Part shown: positions 19,794-28,205 of the stretch, one piece after another
Position numbering within the stretch: position 1 is the stretch's first letter
Layout: the number at the start of each line of letters is the position of its first letter
Origin: a virus
Lineage: Duplodnaviria; Caudoviricetes
Length of the DNA stretch: 34,806 nt
Strand: one strand, 5' to 3'
Virus record (IMG/VR): IMGVR_UViG_3300030450_002974
Coordinates: 1-34,806 of that record
The notes under the pieces: generated by a model
Seen by the model: only the letters and a program-made list of their open reading frames with translations
What the model was told of the DNA's origin: nothing
The model's database searches: none
Position numbers and translations under genes: made by a program

Positions 19794-22700
19794 ATGGCGA
19801 TAAAAGGGGCATGTATTAATATTATAGAATCAGATAATGATTCTTTACATATATCTAAATTTAGTTTAGAGCAACTAAGAAAAGATAAAGAAATTCCAGC
19901 ATCAGACTCTGTTAGTTTTTTAGAAACTTTAGGTGTCAAAGATGGGGCTATAGATAATATACAAAGTGAAAAAACTATTGATATGGCAACTCAATTTTTT
20001 AAAGAATACAAGCAAAAGATTACTGATTCTAATTATGATTCTCCTTCTTTGAGAGACATAGCTGATGAAACAATCCCTGGGTTTAGAGGGCTTAAGCTAA
20101 TTGCCCCTGTTTATTATGTGCTTCAAAAGGGAGGAAAGTCTTCCAAAAAATTAGCTGACAAATTATTAGATTTTGATGTTGTATATACGAGAGATAAAGC
20201 TTTTGCTGATGAAACTATAGACCAAATTGCAAAAGTTTTAGGAAAAGATGTTAAGAATATGAATTTACTAGAGCCTGAAATGAGAAAGCAAAAAGGAAGA
20301 GTTTTGTCTGGTGCTGAAACAAAAGCAACAAGAGCTTTTGATTTAATAAACCCTAAAACAAACAAATTATGGTCTATGAAAGATAAAGGGTTTGGTTCTT
20401 TAGATAGTTTTACTAAAAAACATATTGTTGCTAGAGAATATCATACACAGATGACTAACTTTTATTGGAAAAGAATTAAAGCCGAAATGAAACTGAAATC
20501 AACTAAGTTCCAATATGAAGAGTTTTTGGCTGATTTTGATAAAAAATACATACAAAACTATATGACTAGAGCTGTTAGTAGAGAAGTGTTAATGGACATA
20601 CAAAAACATTCAACTGCAAGCCCTGTTATTGTTAAAATTGCAAACGAAAGATTAAAATCTAGAGCTTCTGAACTTGCTTCTAAAAAGTTTAAAAAAAGTA
20701 AAAACCCAGATAAATGGGAAGCAGAATATGATAAAAACTTAAAAGATGCAGATTTATTAAATTCTATAAAAGAAGAAGCAGTTGATATAATGACTTACAA
20801 TCCAGCCAGGGTTGTTAACAAACATTTCAAAAAAAGAGGGATTTTACTTCCATTTGAAACAGAAATTACTACTTTGTTTGGTAAAAAAAAGAAAGTACAA
20901 TCATACGAAAGTGACTATAATAGTGTTATGGATAGGTATTCTACAGTAACATCTAAATTTATATCTACAACAAAGTTTTTTCCAGAGTTTACTAATTTTG
21001 GAACTAGGTATAAAATATCAGGTGGAGCAAAGTCTAAGCTTTTTGATATGCAGAACTCTTCAAACAAACAGCATCAGTATATAGCTAATCATATTGATGA
21101 ACTTTTAGGGCTATCTGCTAAAGATTCAAATGCTATGACTAATTTCTTATCAACAACTAGTACGCTTTCAGCTGCTACAGGGCTTTCTTCTCCTACTTCG
21201 GGTATTAAAAACTTACTAATCACTATACCTAGAACATTAGGAACTTTTCCTATATTAAATACAGCTAGAGCTACACTAAATTTATTTAACAGCTATGGCG
21301 AACTTATGACAGACGCTAGAAGAAAAGGCTTTACTACATACCAAACAAAGACATTAGCCTTACAAGATAAAGCTATAAAGCTGCCATTTAATTTAGGCAC
21401 ATTTAGTATGGAGAGCTTATTTAAAGTAAACTTAATGACACAAACAGAAGGTATTGGTCGTGTGGCACAGGTACAGACTGGGCTAATGACATTTGAGCAG
21501 CAGTTAGCTAAGAGCCATGGTGTTAAAAATATTTTAAATAAAGGTGGGAAAGATAAGGTTAGAGACTTTTGGAAAAATGTCTTCAAACTATCTGATGATG
21601 AAATTGAGTTTTTATTTGATAAAGAAAGCTATAAAAGAATCCAAAATGGTTTAGCTGACACAGATATGACAGGCAAAATGGATTATATAAGAGCTAAAGT
21701 TGCTCATTACTCTCATGTATCAGTATCTGGAGGAACAGGTGCGCAACTTCTTCCGCATTGGATGAGCGGTAAATATGTAAAACCTATGTCTCTATTTTAC
21801 CGTATGGCATACTCTACCACTTTTGATATGGCTCAAAATCATATAAGGCCAATATTTAAACATCGTAATTTAGCTCCTTTAGCAAAAGCAACTATGGGTA
21901 GTGCTTTATCTGGTTGGGCTTTGTGGGCCATGTACGATGCTTTATTTGACACCAAAAATCCTACAGAAAATGAAGATGCATTAACTCAGATAGCTTCATT
22001 CTTATGGAGAGCTGAATTTTTACAGTTAGGCTCCGACCTATTGAATCCGTATGGAGCAAACATGTATTCCAAAAAAAGCCCTTTTGACTTCTTAGATTTT
22101 GATGACCAAATGATGGCTAGCTCTTTCAATCCAGTCTACGGAACTGCTGTTTTTAGGAATCTATCTTCAGCGGCTTCTCTATTTGGACACACCTTTTTAC
22201 CAAGCTTAGGACTGACTGACGAGAGGAAGTTTAGAGGACAGGCATTAGATGATTTTCTTAGCAATACTGTTGTTATTTATGCTCAATACAGAAAAAACTT
22301 TCAAGAACCATTTGGCTCTGGTTGGAAAAATGACAAACTATATAAAACGCAGCAAGAATTTTCTACTTATGCAAGAAGATGGAAATCTGAAAATAACTAC
22401 AAACAAACTCATATCCATGGACAAACAACAACTACCCCATATTATAGGAGTTTAAGAAACGCATTTTATAATGGTAGCCAAAAAGATTTTAATAGAGCTT
22501 ATTGGGGAGCATACAATTATATTATTACAGATATGATGAAGAACTACAGAAGAACTGGGAAAGGGGTTGATATGGCTGAAATACACAAAAAAGCTATGTC
22601 TAATTTAAATAGGTCTTTAAGCTCATATTCTGTCTCATCCTTATCTGAAACTTTTGATGTTAAGAATGGTGGAATTATACCTGAAAAAGAATTTCAGAAA

Positions 22701-22841
22701 TACCTAAAAGATAGAAAACTTTTAGATAGGTATAATAAATCTAAAAGAGAGTTTGAATACAGAAAAAGAGTTCTTGTTAATCAAGCTAGCAACATTCAAA
22801 ATAAAAGAAAATACTCAGTTATGTATGACCTATTTGAATAA
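19794..22841 (+). CDS. Large internal virion (ejection) protein, C-terminal type
   Basis: 1015 aa, helical; SGIKNLL motif, hydrophobic ALSGWALWAMY; last + strand gene of the module. Confidence 0.55.
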   Translation: MAIKGACINIIESDNDSLHISKFSLEQLRKDKEIPASDSVSFLETLGVKDGAIDNIQSEKTIDMATQFFKEYKQKITDSNYDSPSLRDIADETIPGFRGLKLIAPVYYVLQKGGKSSKKLADKLLDFDVVYTRDKAFADETIDQIAKVLGKDVKNMNLLEPEMRKQKGRVLSGAETKATRAFDLINPKTNKLWSMKDKGFGSLDSFTKKHIVAREYHTQMTNFYWKRIKAEMKLKSTKFQYEEFLADFDKKYIQNYMTRAVSREVLMDIQKHSTASPVIVKIANERLKSRASELASKKFKKSKNPDKWEAEYDKNLKDADLLNSIKEEAVDIMTYNPARVVNKHFKKRGILLPFETEITTLFGKKKKVQSYESDYNSVMDRYSTVTSKFISTTKFFPEFTNFGTRYKISGGAKSKLFDMQNSSNKQHQYIANHIDELLGLSAKDSNAMTNFLSTTSTLSAATGLSSPTSGIKNLLITIPRTLGTFPILNTARATLNLFNSYGELMTDARRKGFTTYQTKTLALQDKAIKLPFNLGTFSMESLFKVNLMTQTEGIGRVAQVQTGLMTFEQQLAKSHGVKNILNKGGKDKVRDFWKNVFKLSDDEIEFLFDKESYKRIQNGLADTDMTGKMDYIRAKVAHYSHVSVSGGTGAQLLPHWMSGKYVKPMSLFYRMAYSTTFDMAQNHIRPIFKHRNLAPLAKATMGSALSGWALWAMYDALFDTKNPTENEDALTQIASFLWRAEFLQLGSDLLNPYGANMYSKKSPFDFLDFDDQMMASSFNPVYGTAVFRNLSSAASLFGHTFLPSLGLTDERKFRGQALDDFLSNTVVIYAQYRKNFQEPFGSGWKNDKLYKTQQEFSTYARRWKSENNYKQTHIHGQTTTTPYYRSLRNAFYNGSQKDFNRAYWGAYNYIITDMMKNYRRTGKGVDMAEIHKKAMSNLNRSLSSYSVSSLSETFDVKNGGIIPEKEFQKYLKDRKLLDRYNKSKREFEYRKRVLVNQASNIQNKRKYSVMYDLFE

Positions 22842-23210
22842 TTCTGCTCTTGGGATTAAAGCCATTTGACTAGCATTAAAATCTCCGCCCATTACAAGCT
22901 TTAATCTACCCTCTTTTTTAAGGTTTATTATTTTTTGCTTTAAATAGTCTACACTAAATATATATCCACCTACAATTTTATCATTATCAGAAAGTAAATG
23001 AATCCATATTGCAGAACCTGTAGTAGATATACCACTAGGCTTTCCGCTGCATCTTATTTCTATAGCTATATTACCTGTAGTTTTCCATATATCTCTCTCT
23101 GTTTTGACTTCTATCATGGTATTACCGTTTTGTAGGTCTTCTACAAACTTCTCTCCCATTTGACCAAACTCTAAGTCAATGTCAAATTTTTTCATTTCTT
23201 CGTAATCCAA
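22830..23210 (-). CDS. PD-(D/E)XK-type nuclease-like protein
   Basis: FDIDLEFGQMGE...IEVKTERD.W..TGNIAIE...PSGI motif. Probable TTG start at 23210 (GGAGG about 9 nt upstream); overlaps the convergent gene end by 12 bp. Confidence 0.6.
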   Translation of the reverse strand: MDYEEMKKFDIDLEFGQMGEKFVEDLQNGNTMIEVKTERDIWKTTGNIAIEIRCSGKPSGISTTGSAIWIHLLSDNDKIVGGYIFSVDYLKQKIINLKKEGRLKLVMGGDFNASQMALIPRAELFK

Positions 23211-23268
23211 TGGTATCTTCCTCCAATCGTTTGTTATTAAACTAAGGTCTCCAAAAACATCATATATA

Positions 23269-23739
23269 TCAGTCAGTTTTATCAATTGCATATTTCGCCA
23301 ACATAATAGCATCTGCTGTTGCTAATGTAGCGACTCCTTTCCATTGATATGATATATAGTTATCTGAATTAATAAATTCTTGGGCCATTTGTTTAAGTAT
23401 GTTTTTTCTTTCTTGTTTTTTCAATCCCTTTTGTACTTCGTGGTGTTTCATCCAAGTGGAAGGGGTTACATATATAGGGATTATGTTAAAAGATGCAATA
23501 ACCCCCTCCCATTGGCCATAATTTTGTCCGAATGTAAATATCGAACTCTTACCGTCATGTGGCATAGCCCATACTTTTTCTATATATAAAAATACGTCTT
23601 TAGGAGAAGTATCTTCTAATATATCCTTAAATAGCTCTGCCATACCTTGCACAGAGTCTGGACACTTGTTTGCTCTTATTCTATTATCTTCAATAGAGCA
23701 TATGCCTCCAGATTTCCCTGGGTCTATACCTATATACAT
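23269..23739 (-). CDS. RuvC-like Holliday junction resolvase
   Basis: MYIGIDPGKSGG, IEKV, FTFGQNYG, VTPSTW, ADAIMLA; start moved to ATG 23739. Confidence 0.85.
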   Translation of the reverse strand: MYIGIDPGKSGGICSIEDNRIRANKCPDSVQGMAELFKDILEDTSPKDVFLYIEKVWAMPHDGKSSIFTFGQNYGQWEGVIASFNIIPIYVTPSTWMKHHEVQKGLKKQERKNILKQMAQEFINSDNYISYQWKGVATLATADAIMLAKYAIDKTD

Positions 23740-23740
23740 T

Positions 23741-25087
23741 TTAAAACGGTAATTCTTTTGTAACATCTAGCTCCTTTGCATGCGGTATTGTCCAATTATC
23801 ATAAATGGTACAAATATCGCCATTATAGTTAAGGGTTATTTCAGAAGACTCTCCATATCTAACCTTGCTCGCAATTAGTCTAATTTCGTTTTTAGAGTGC
23901 ATAGACGGGTCAACCTTATAAGAGTAGTAGACAAAGAAAACATTCTCTGCTACCTGCTCTATAGCTCCTGATTCAGCTAAATCAGATAACTGTGGTCTTC
24001 TAGCTTCTTTATTTCTTGATTCTAACGACCTATTAAGTTGTGAAGCAAGTATTACCGCACACTTTGTCTCTTTAGCAAGCCATTTATACTCATTACAGAT
24101 GCGTTCAAGCTGCAATCTTCTCTCAGTTTCTTTACCACTTGGACTTACAAGCTGTATATAATCATCTATAATTACGTCTGGCTCAAACTTTTTAACTTCT
24201 GATGCAGTTTTTGGTAAATCTCTAATAGTATCAAACATAATAAATCTATCTTCACCATATATATCTGCTATTTTTCTAGAAGCTTTTTTAAGTTCTTCAA
24301 TAAATCCAATATTGCTCTTGTCTACTATACCTTTCCTAACGTCTCTATAGTTAAGTCTTGGGTTTTCGATACAGATTAACTTCTTAATAACCTCACTATT
24401 AGGCAATTCTCTATTAAACATAGCTACTTTATAACCACCTTTAACAAGAGAGGCTAACAAGTTCACCAGAAAAGTTGTTTTGCCATGTCCTGGCCTTCCT
24501 CCAACAATACTTATCTCTCCTCTTGTTAACCCTCCTGCAAGGCTGTCAATTTCCTTGTAGCCTGTCTTAATCATCTTCTTATTACCTTCTTGCATAGTAT
24601 TAAGAGTATCTGACATAGCTTTATCTATAGTAAATTTCTCACCTGGTCTAACTCTTATAAGCTCTCCCATAAGTGAATGTGCTTGATTTATTAAAGTGTA
24701 AACATCTCCACCTCTATTTAAGGCATCTTTTTTGATGTTTTCTGTAGCATCTATTGTTTGTCTGAGTAGGTATTTTTCGTAGATTATTTGAGCATAAGAC
24801 TCCATCATGCCCATACCACATACATCGCTAGTTATATCAACTATATATGCGGTAGTTATACCATTTAAATTATCTTCATTTGTTAGTGAAGCGCACAATA
24901 TAGGAACATCTATATTTTTTCCTTCTTTTATCATACTAGTAAGTTTGTCCCACAGGTTTTTAGATTTCATCTGTGTAAAAACTTTTCTATCTGGTATGTA
25001 TTGAGCTACTCTACTGTATTCTTTTGGGTAAAAGATAACGCTCCCTAAAACCACATCTTCTGTGGTTACATCAGCTATCTCTTGCAT
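23741..25087 (-). CDS. dnaB: Replicative DnaB-family helicase
   Basis: E..VLGS N-terminal domain, Walker A GGRPGHGKT, IDDYIQL, LASQLNR, RPQLSDLAESGAIEQ, KVRYG. Confidence 0.95.
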   Translation of the reverse strand: MQEIADVTTEDVVLGSVIFYPKEYSRVAQYIPDRKVFTQMKSKNLWDKLTSMIKEGKNIDVPILCASLTNEDNLNGITTAYIVDITSDVCGMGMMESYAQIIYEKYLLRQTIDATENIKKDALNRGGDVYTLINQAHSLMGELIRVRPGEKFTIDKAMSDTLNTMQEGNKKMIKTGYKEIDSLAGGLTRGEISIVGGRPGHGKTTFLVNLLASLVKGGYKVAMFNRELPNSEVIKKLICIENPRLNYRDVRKGIVDKSNIGFIEELKKASRKIADIYGEDRFIMFDTIRDLPKTASEVKKFEPDVIIDDYIQLVSPSGKETERRLQLERICNEYKWLAKETKCAVILASQLNRSLESRNKEARRPQLSDLAESGAIEQVAENVFFVYYSYKVDPSMHSKNEIRLIASKVRYGESSEITLNYNGDICTIYDNWTIPHAKELDVTKELPF

Positions 25088-25102
25088 TTTATCTCCTTTT
25101 GT

Positions 25103-25312
25103 TTATTCTTCTTTTTGCATGTTTTTCAATTTTTCATTTTGTAAGTTCGTTAGATGCTTATTGTATTCGTCAACTAGTTTCTCTATCGAAACTTCGCATA
25201 TCTTATAAATCACACCTACGTTGGTATTAATTTCTTCTAAAGGTCTACCCTTTAAATATAAACCCCAACTATTTTCCGCTAGTATTTTTTCTAGAGCTTT
25301 TTTTTCTAGCAT
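25103..25312 (-). CDS. Hypothetical protein
   Basis: 69 aa; fits the operon tiling. Confidence 0.55.
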   Translation of the reverse strand: MLEKKALEKILAENSWGLYLKGRPLEEINTNVGVIYKICEVSIEKLVDEYNKHLTNLQNEKLKNMQKEE

Positions 25313-25490
25313 TTGGTTTCCCCTTTCCTATTAAATAACTTTCAAATTTCTTAGTATCTTTCTTAAAGTCTATGTACTCCATAAGGGCATTACTTAGACC
25401 CGTTATCATCTGTTCCAGAGTCGCCATTTCCAGTATTAGATTTTCTATTACTCTTTGAACTTCCTTTGATGTTGGTTTTTTTCTTTTCAT
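25269..25490 (-). CDS. Hypothetical protein
   Basis: 73 aa; GAGG upstream. Confidence 0.55.
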   Translation of the reverse strand: MKRKKPTSKEVQRVIENLILEMATLEQMITGLSNALMEYIDFKKDTKKFESYLIGKGKPNARKKSSRKNTSGK

Positions 25491-25593
25491 CCTTTTTTAC
25501 CTCATTTAATATTTCTTGTAATATTTCCTTTAGTTTCGATACCTCTTGTTTTAGACTGTAAATATCGTTTTCCATATCTATTGCTCTTCCCAC
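25390..25593 (-). CDS. Hypothetical coiled-coil protein
   Basis: 67 aa; GTG start with GGGAG; C-terminal tail overlaps the next gene by about 100 bp. Confidence 0.5.
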   Translation of the reverse strand: MGRAIDMENDIYSLKQEVSKLKEILQEILNEVKKDEKKKTNIKGSSKSNRKSNTGNGDSGTDDNGSK

Positions 25594-26057
25594 GTCTTGC
25601 TCCCTTCTTTGCGTTTATGTGAGTGCCAGTTTTGTTGTTTTGCTGTCTTTTTTCTGTGACAGTTTGCGCATAATATAATGCATTTTTCGATTTCTTTCTC
25701 AATACTTTTGGCTGAATATCCATGCGATGCCATATTCGATACATCATTTCTTTTCTCTTTCGGGTCAAGATGGTGAAATTCCAGGACGATAGGATTGCTT
25801 TCACCACAAGAAGCACAAGGATTGCTAAGCTTAAACTCATAGACTAAATCCCTTCTTTCTTTTTTATATTTCTCAGTATTAACCTTAACTCTTTTTTTAT
25901 ATTTATGCTTATATTTAATATAATGTTTTCTAGAATACTCATTTGTGCATTGTCTACACTTATTACTTCTTTTATTAAGTCTCTTAAGCTTCCAACTAAA
26001 GTCGGACATTTTGTAATATTTTTCACAATAAGAACATTTCTTAATCTTTTGACTCAT
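25578..26057 (-). CDS. HNH endonuclease with Zn-binding motifs
   Basis: CSYC...CRQC; PCASCGE..PIVLEFHHLDP..K...KCIILCANCHRKKT. Confidence 0.85.
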   Translation of the reverse strand: MSQKIKKCSYCEKYYKMSDFSWKLKRLNKRSNKCRQCTNEYSRKHYIKYKHKYKKRVKVNTEKYKKERRDLVYEFKLSNPCASCGESNPIVLEFHHLDPKEKRNDVSNMASHGYSAKSIEKEIEKCIILCANCHRKKTAKQQNWHSHKRKEGSKTWEEQ

Positions 26058-26367
26058 GCTTCATCTGATTATCTTCTACCATTCCCCACATTAAAATACA
26101 ATAGACTATAATATCTGTAAGCCTACCTCTAACGTCTTCTCTTTGTGACTGATGCCCGTCAGCATAAGCGCACAAACCATCCACATGTTTTATCATATAA
26201 GTAAGTAGCGCTTTTTCTCTATTAACACCTACAAAAGATGCAACCCTTTCAAAATTAGCAAAAACATTATCCAAGTCACGAGCATATTCCTTTTGACCTG
26301 CATCTCTAGTCTCTGAGATTTTGTCCATAATCCTGCTCATAAGGCTTTGCATATCTTTTCTACGCAT
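26041..26367 (-). CDS. Nucleotide-modification-associated (Nmad1/DUF1599, MazG-like helical) protein
   Basis: QKEYA...FANFER...KH..G...EDVRGRLTDIIVYCIL; start likely ATG 26367. Confidence 0.65.
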   Translation of the reverse strand: MRRKDMQSLMSRIMDKISETRDAGQKEYARDLDNVFANFERVASFVGVNREKALLTYMIKHVDGLCAYADGHQSQREDVRGRLTDIIVYCILMWGMVEDNQMKHESKD

Positions 26368-26497
26368 CTTTCCAACTCTTTGGCGCTCTATTTTCAAAAT
26401 ACTCTGCGCCTACCATTTTACATAATGGCCATCCATTAGGACTTTTTTCTAGCTCTGCTCTTATTTTTTGAACTTTTTTCCATGTACGGTTTTTCAT
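26360..26497 (-). CDS. Small hypothetical protein (45 aa, not in track)
   Basis: MKNRTWKKVQKIRAELEKSPNGWPLCKMVGAEYFENRAPKSWKDA*; AGGAG SD. Confidence 0.6.
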   Translation of the reverse strand: MKNRTWKKVQKIRAELEKSPNGWPLCKMVGAEYFENRAPKSWKDA

Positions 26498-26505
26498 TTT
26501 ATCTC

Positions 26506-26607
26506 CTATTTAAAAAAATTTATTATTAAAACAATGAAAGAATACCAAAATGTGATACCAACTATAATAATGCTTAAATATATAGCAATATTAAACCACC
26601 TAATCAT
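26506..26607 (-). CDS. Small membrane peptide (33 aa, not in track)
   Basis: MIRWFNIAIYLSIIIVGITFWYSFIVLIINFFK*; overlaps the upstream stop. Confidence 0.5.
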   Translation of the reverse strand: MIRWFNIAIYLSIIIVGITFWYSFIVLIINFFK

Positions 26608-26758
26608 TCTGATTTCCTAACGGTAAATAACATTCATAATACGATTCACAATCAGGACAGTGAAAATTACTCACTATTCCTTCTCCTTCTTTACCATAAT
26701 CTTCGTAATCATGGTCTCCTCCCCAAATTAATTCTGATTTACAATGCCAGCATTGCAT
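26600..26758 (-). CDS. Zn-ribbon protein (52 aa)
   Basis: MQCWHC...LIWGGDHD...CPDC; AAGGAG SD before ATG 26758. Confidence 0.7.
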   Translation of the reverse strand: MQCWHCKSELIWGGDHDYEDYGKEGEGIVSNFHCPDCESYYECYLPLGNQND

Positions 26759-26782
26759 ATTTTCTCCTTTTCTCTTTAATGT

Positions 26783-26876
26783 TGTGGGAGACGTGAAAGG
26801 CGGAAAAGAACAGTGGTAGAGAGGACCACACAATAAAACCGCCTATGTATTCTCACGATATACAAAGTCTCCCACA
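26783..26876 (-). ncRNA. Candidate structured RNA (multi-stem, unassigned)
   Basis: Nested complementary pairs UGUGGGAGAC/GUCUCCCACA, CGUGA/UCACG, AGGCGG/CCGCCU, GUGGU/ACCAC in a GC-rich intergenic gap. Confidence 0.6.
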
Positions 26877-26880
26877 TAAT

Positions 26881-27036
26881 TTATCTCTTTATGTGTCTAT
26901 AGACTGTTGCAGGTGAAACTCCAACAATTCTACTTATTCGTTTACCTTTCATACCAAAACCATACAAGGTGTTGATAAGAAGCTCTCTAGGCCATCCAAC
27001 TTTTTTGTACCTTCTTTTAGAATGGGATGTCTGCAT
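26881..27036 (-). CDS. Small helix-turn-helix DNA-binding protein (51 aa, not in track)
   Basis: MQTSHSKRRYKKVGWPRELLINTLYGFGMKGKRISRIVGVSPATVYRHIKR*; HTH pattern; GGAGGAG SD. Confidence 0.75.
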   Translation of the reverse strand: MQTSHSKRRYKKVGWPRELLINTLYGFGMKGKRISRIVGVSPATVYRHIKR

Positions 27037-27643
27037 CTTTCTTAACTCCTCCTTCCCACTGTTTTACATATTTAACTACAAATGGCGTTCTTTCTTCACC
27101 ATCTTTATTTTTATATGGTTTACCAGCATCTATAAGAGCTATAACTGGCCCTCCATCAATATCAGTACCTTTAAGTGGTGGTAAAACCTGTACCTCAACG
27201 TCTTTACCATCCATTTTAACCACTTTTCTTGGTATCTCTACACCAATAGTCTCACAGAACTGAAAGTATCTTTTGTTACCTGTAGAGTTTGATTCAAAAT
27301 CATCTCCCTCTTTAGGCTCTAAAAATCTAAAGATACCATTAGACCTGTAAGTTCTACCAACATACTCTTCACCTTTAATCTTTCCATTCTTACCTTCGTA
27401 AGACATCTCTGAGTTTTTAGCATCAACAACAAATTCATAGTTATATACTAAAGCTTTAAAAGTTTTACCATCTTTAGTCCATGATACTTCTCTGCTTGTA
27501 GCATTTTGCATGTGACCATAAAACTCTCCTCTTACATTAGGTGCGTTTTTAGGTTTTTTTGATTCTGTTTCTTCGCCTGGAACAAAGAAACTTTCTGTAT
27601 CGTTCAACATATCGTCAAACATTTTAGCTGTTTCAGTAGCCAT
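27017..27643 (-). CDS. Putative single-stranded DNA-binding protein
   Basis: Beta-rich sequence with acidic C-terminal DADIPF; follows the annealing protein gene. Confidence 0.6.
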   Translation of the reverse strand: MATETAKMFDDMLNDTESFFVPGEETESKKPKNAPNVRGEFYGHMQNATSREVSWTKDGKTFKALVYNYEFVVDAKNSEMSYEGKNGKIKGEEYVGRTYRSNGIFRFLEPKEGDDFESNSTGNKRYFQFCETIGVEIPRKVVKMDGKDVEVQVLPPLKGTDIDGGPVIALIDAGKPYKNKDGEERTPFVVKYVKQWEGGVKKDADIPF

Positions 27644-28194
27644 TACTTATCTCCTTCTTTTTCGTTTTTTATGATTGTTTTACAATGTTCCAAACTTTTT
27701 GCATAGTTTGATTCGTTTATTTTACCGCTCTCAAGAGCGCTTAACATAGCTTTTTTAGCCTTTTCATCTTTAACTTGATTAGCAAGCTTAGTAAACTCTT
27801 TTTCTTGCTTATCTGTTATGTTATTTGGTAAATCTTCACCAGCAAATAATGAAAGACCAAGACCATGTAATGCTATTGCCTTTGCTAAACACCTTTGAAT
27901 TGATGTGTTTATTTGAAAAGCATTAGGTGTATCAATAGATTGGTTTTTATTATCAAGAACAGGATGAATCTGAGTTCTTGTTATCCCCTCAATTGTTACG
28001 CTTACCTTTGTGTAATAGCCTGTAGTTGTTTGCATATAAGGCATATTATCATATTCATGTACTTCCCAAGTTGCCTCTGGAAATACTTTTAAGACCTCTC
28101 TTACAGCATGCGCCCAAGACAAGTAATCAAACTTACCTTTTTGCTCTGCTAATTTAGAGATGTCAACGTCTTTTAGTTTTTGAAATACACTCAC
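27643..28194 (-). CDS. Sak/Rad52-like single-strand annealing protein (DUF1071-type)
   Basis: KGKFDYLSWAHA, PVLDNKN, INTSIQRCLAKAIALHGLGLSLFAGEDLP. Confidence 0.85.
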   Translation of the reverse strand: MSVFQKLKDVDISKLAEQKGKFDYLSWAHAVREVLKVFPEATWEVHEYDNMPYMQTTTGYYTKVSVTIEGITRTQIHPVLDNKNQSIDTPNAFQINTSIQRCLAKAIALHGLGLSLFAGEDLPNNITDKQEKEFTKLANQVKDEKAKKAMLSALESGKINESNYAKSLEHCKTIIKNEKEGDK

Positions 28195-28205
28195 GTTTAT
28201 CTCCT

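Noticed and set aside
19765-19815. KHTNCN* / MAIKGAC as a split intein
   Set aside because: No intein blocks or Hint-domain-sized sequence on either side, and the order does not fit N- and C-intein halves.
2619-22455. Many antisense or alternative-frame ORFs in the track within the + strand module (e.g. 17932-18561, 10727-11200, 8695-9102)
   Set aside because: They are shadows of long, motif-bearing + strand genes, with no SD or protein-like motifs.
25663-25690. TTTGCGCATAA-TATAAT resembles the XerC arm of E. coli dif
   Set aside because: The second arm (GCATTTTTCGA) does not match a XerD site, and the sequence encodes the conserved HNH ILCAN motif.
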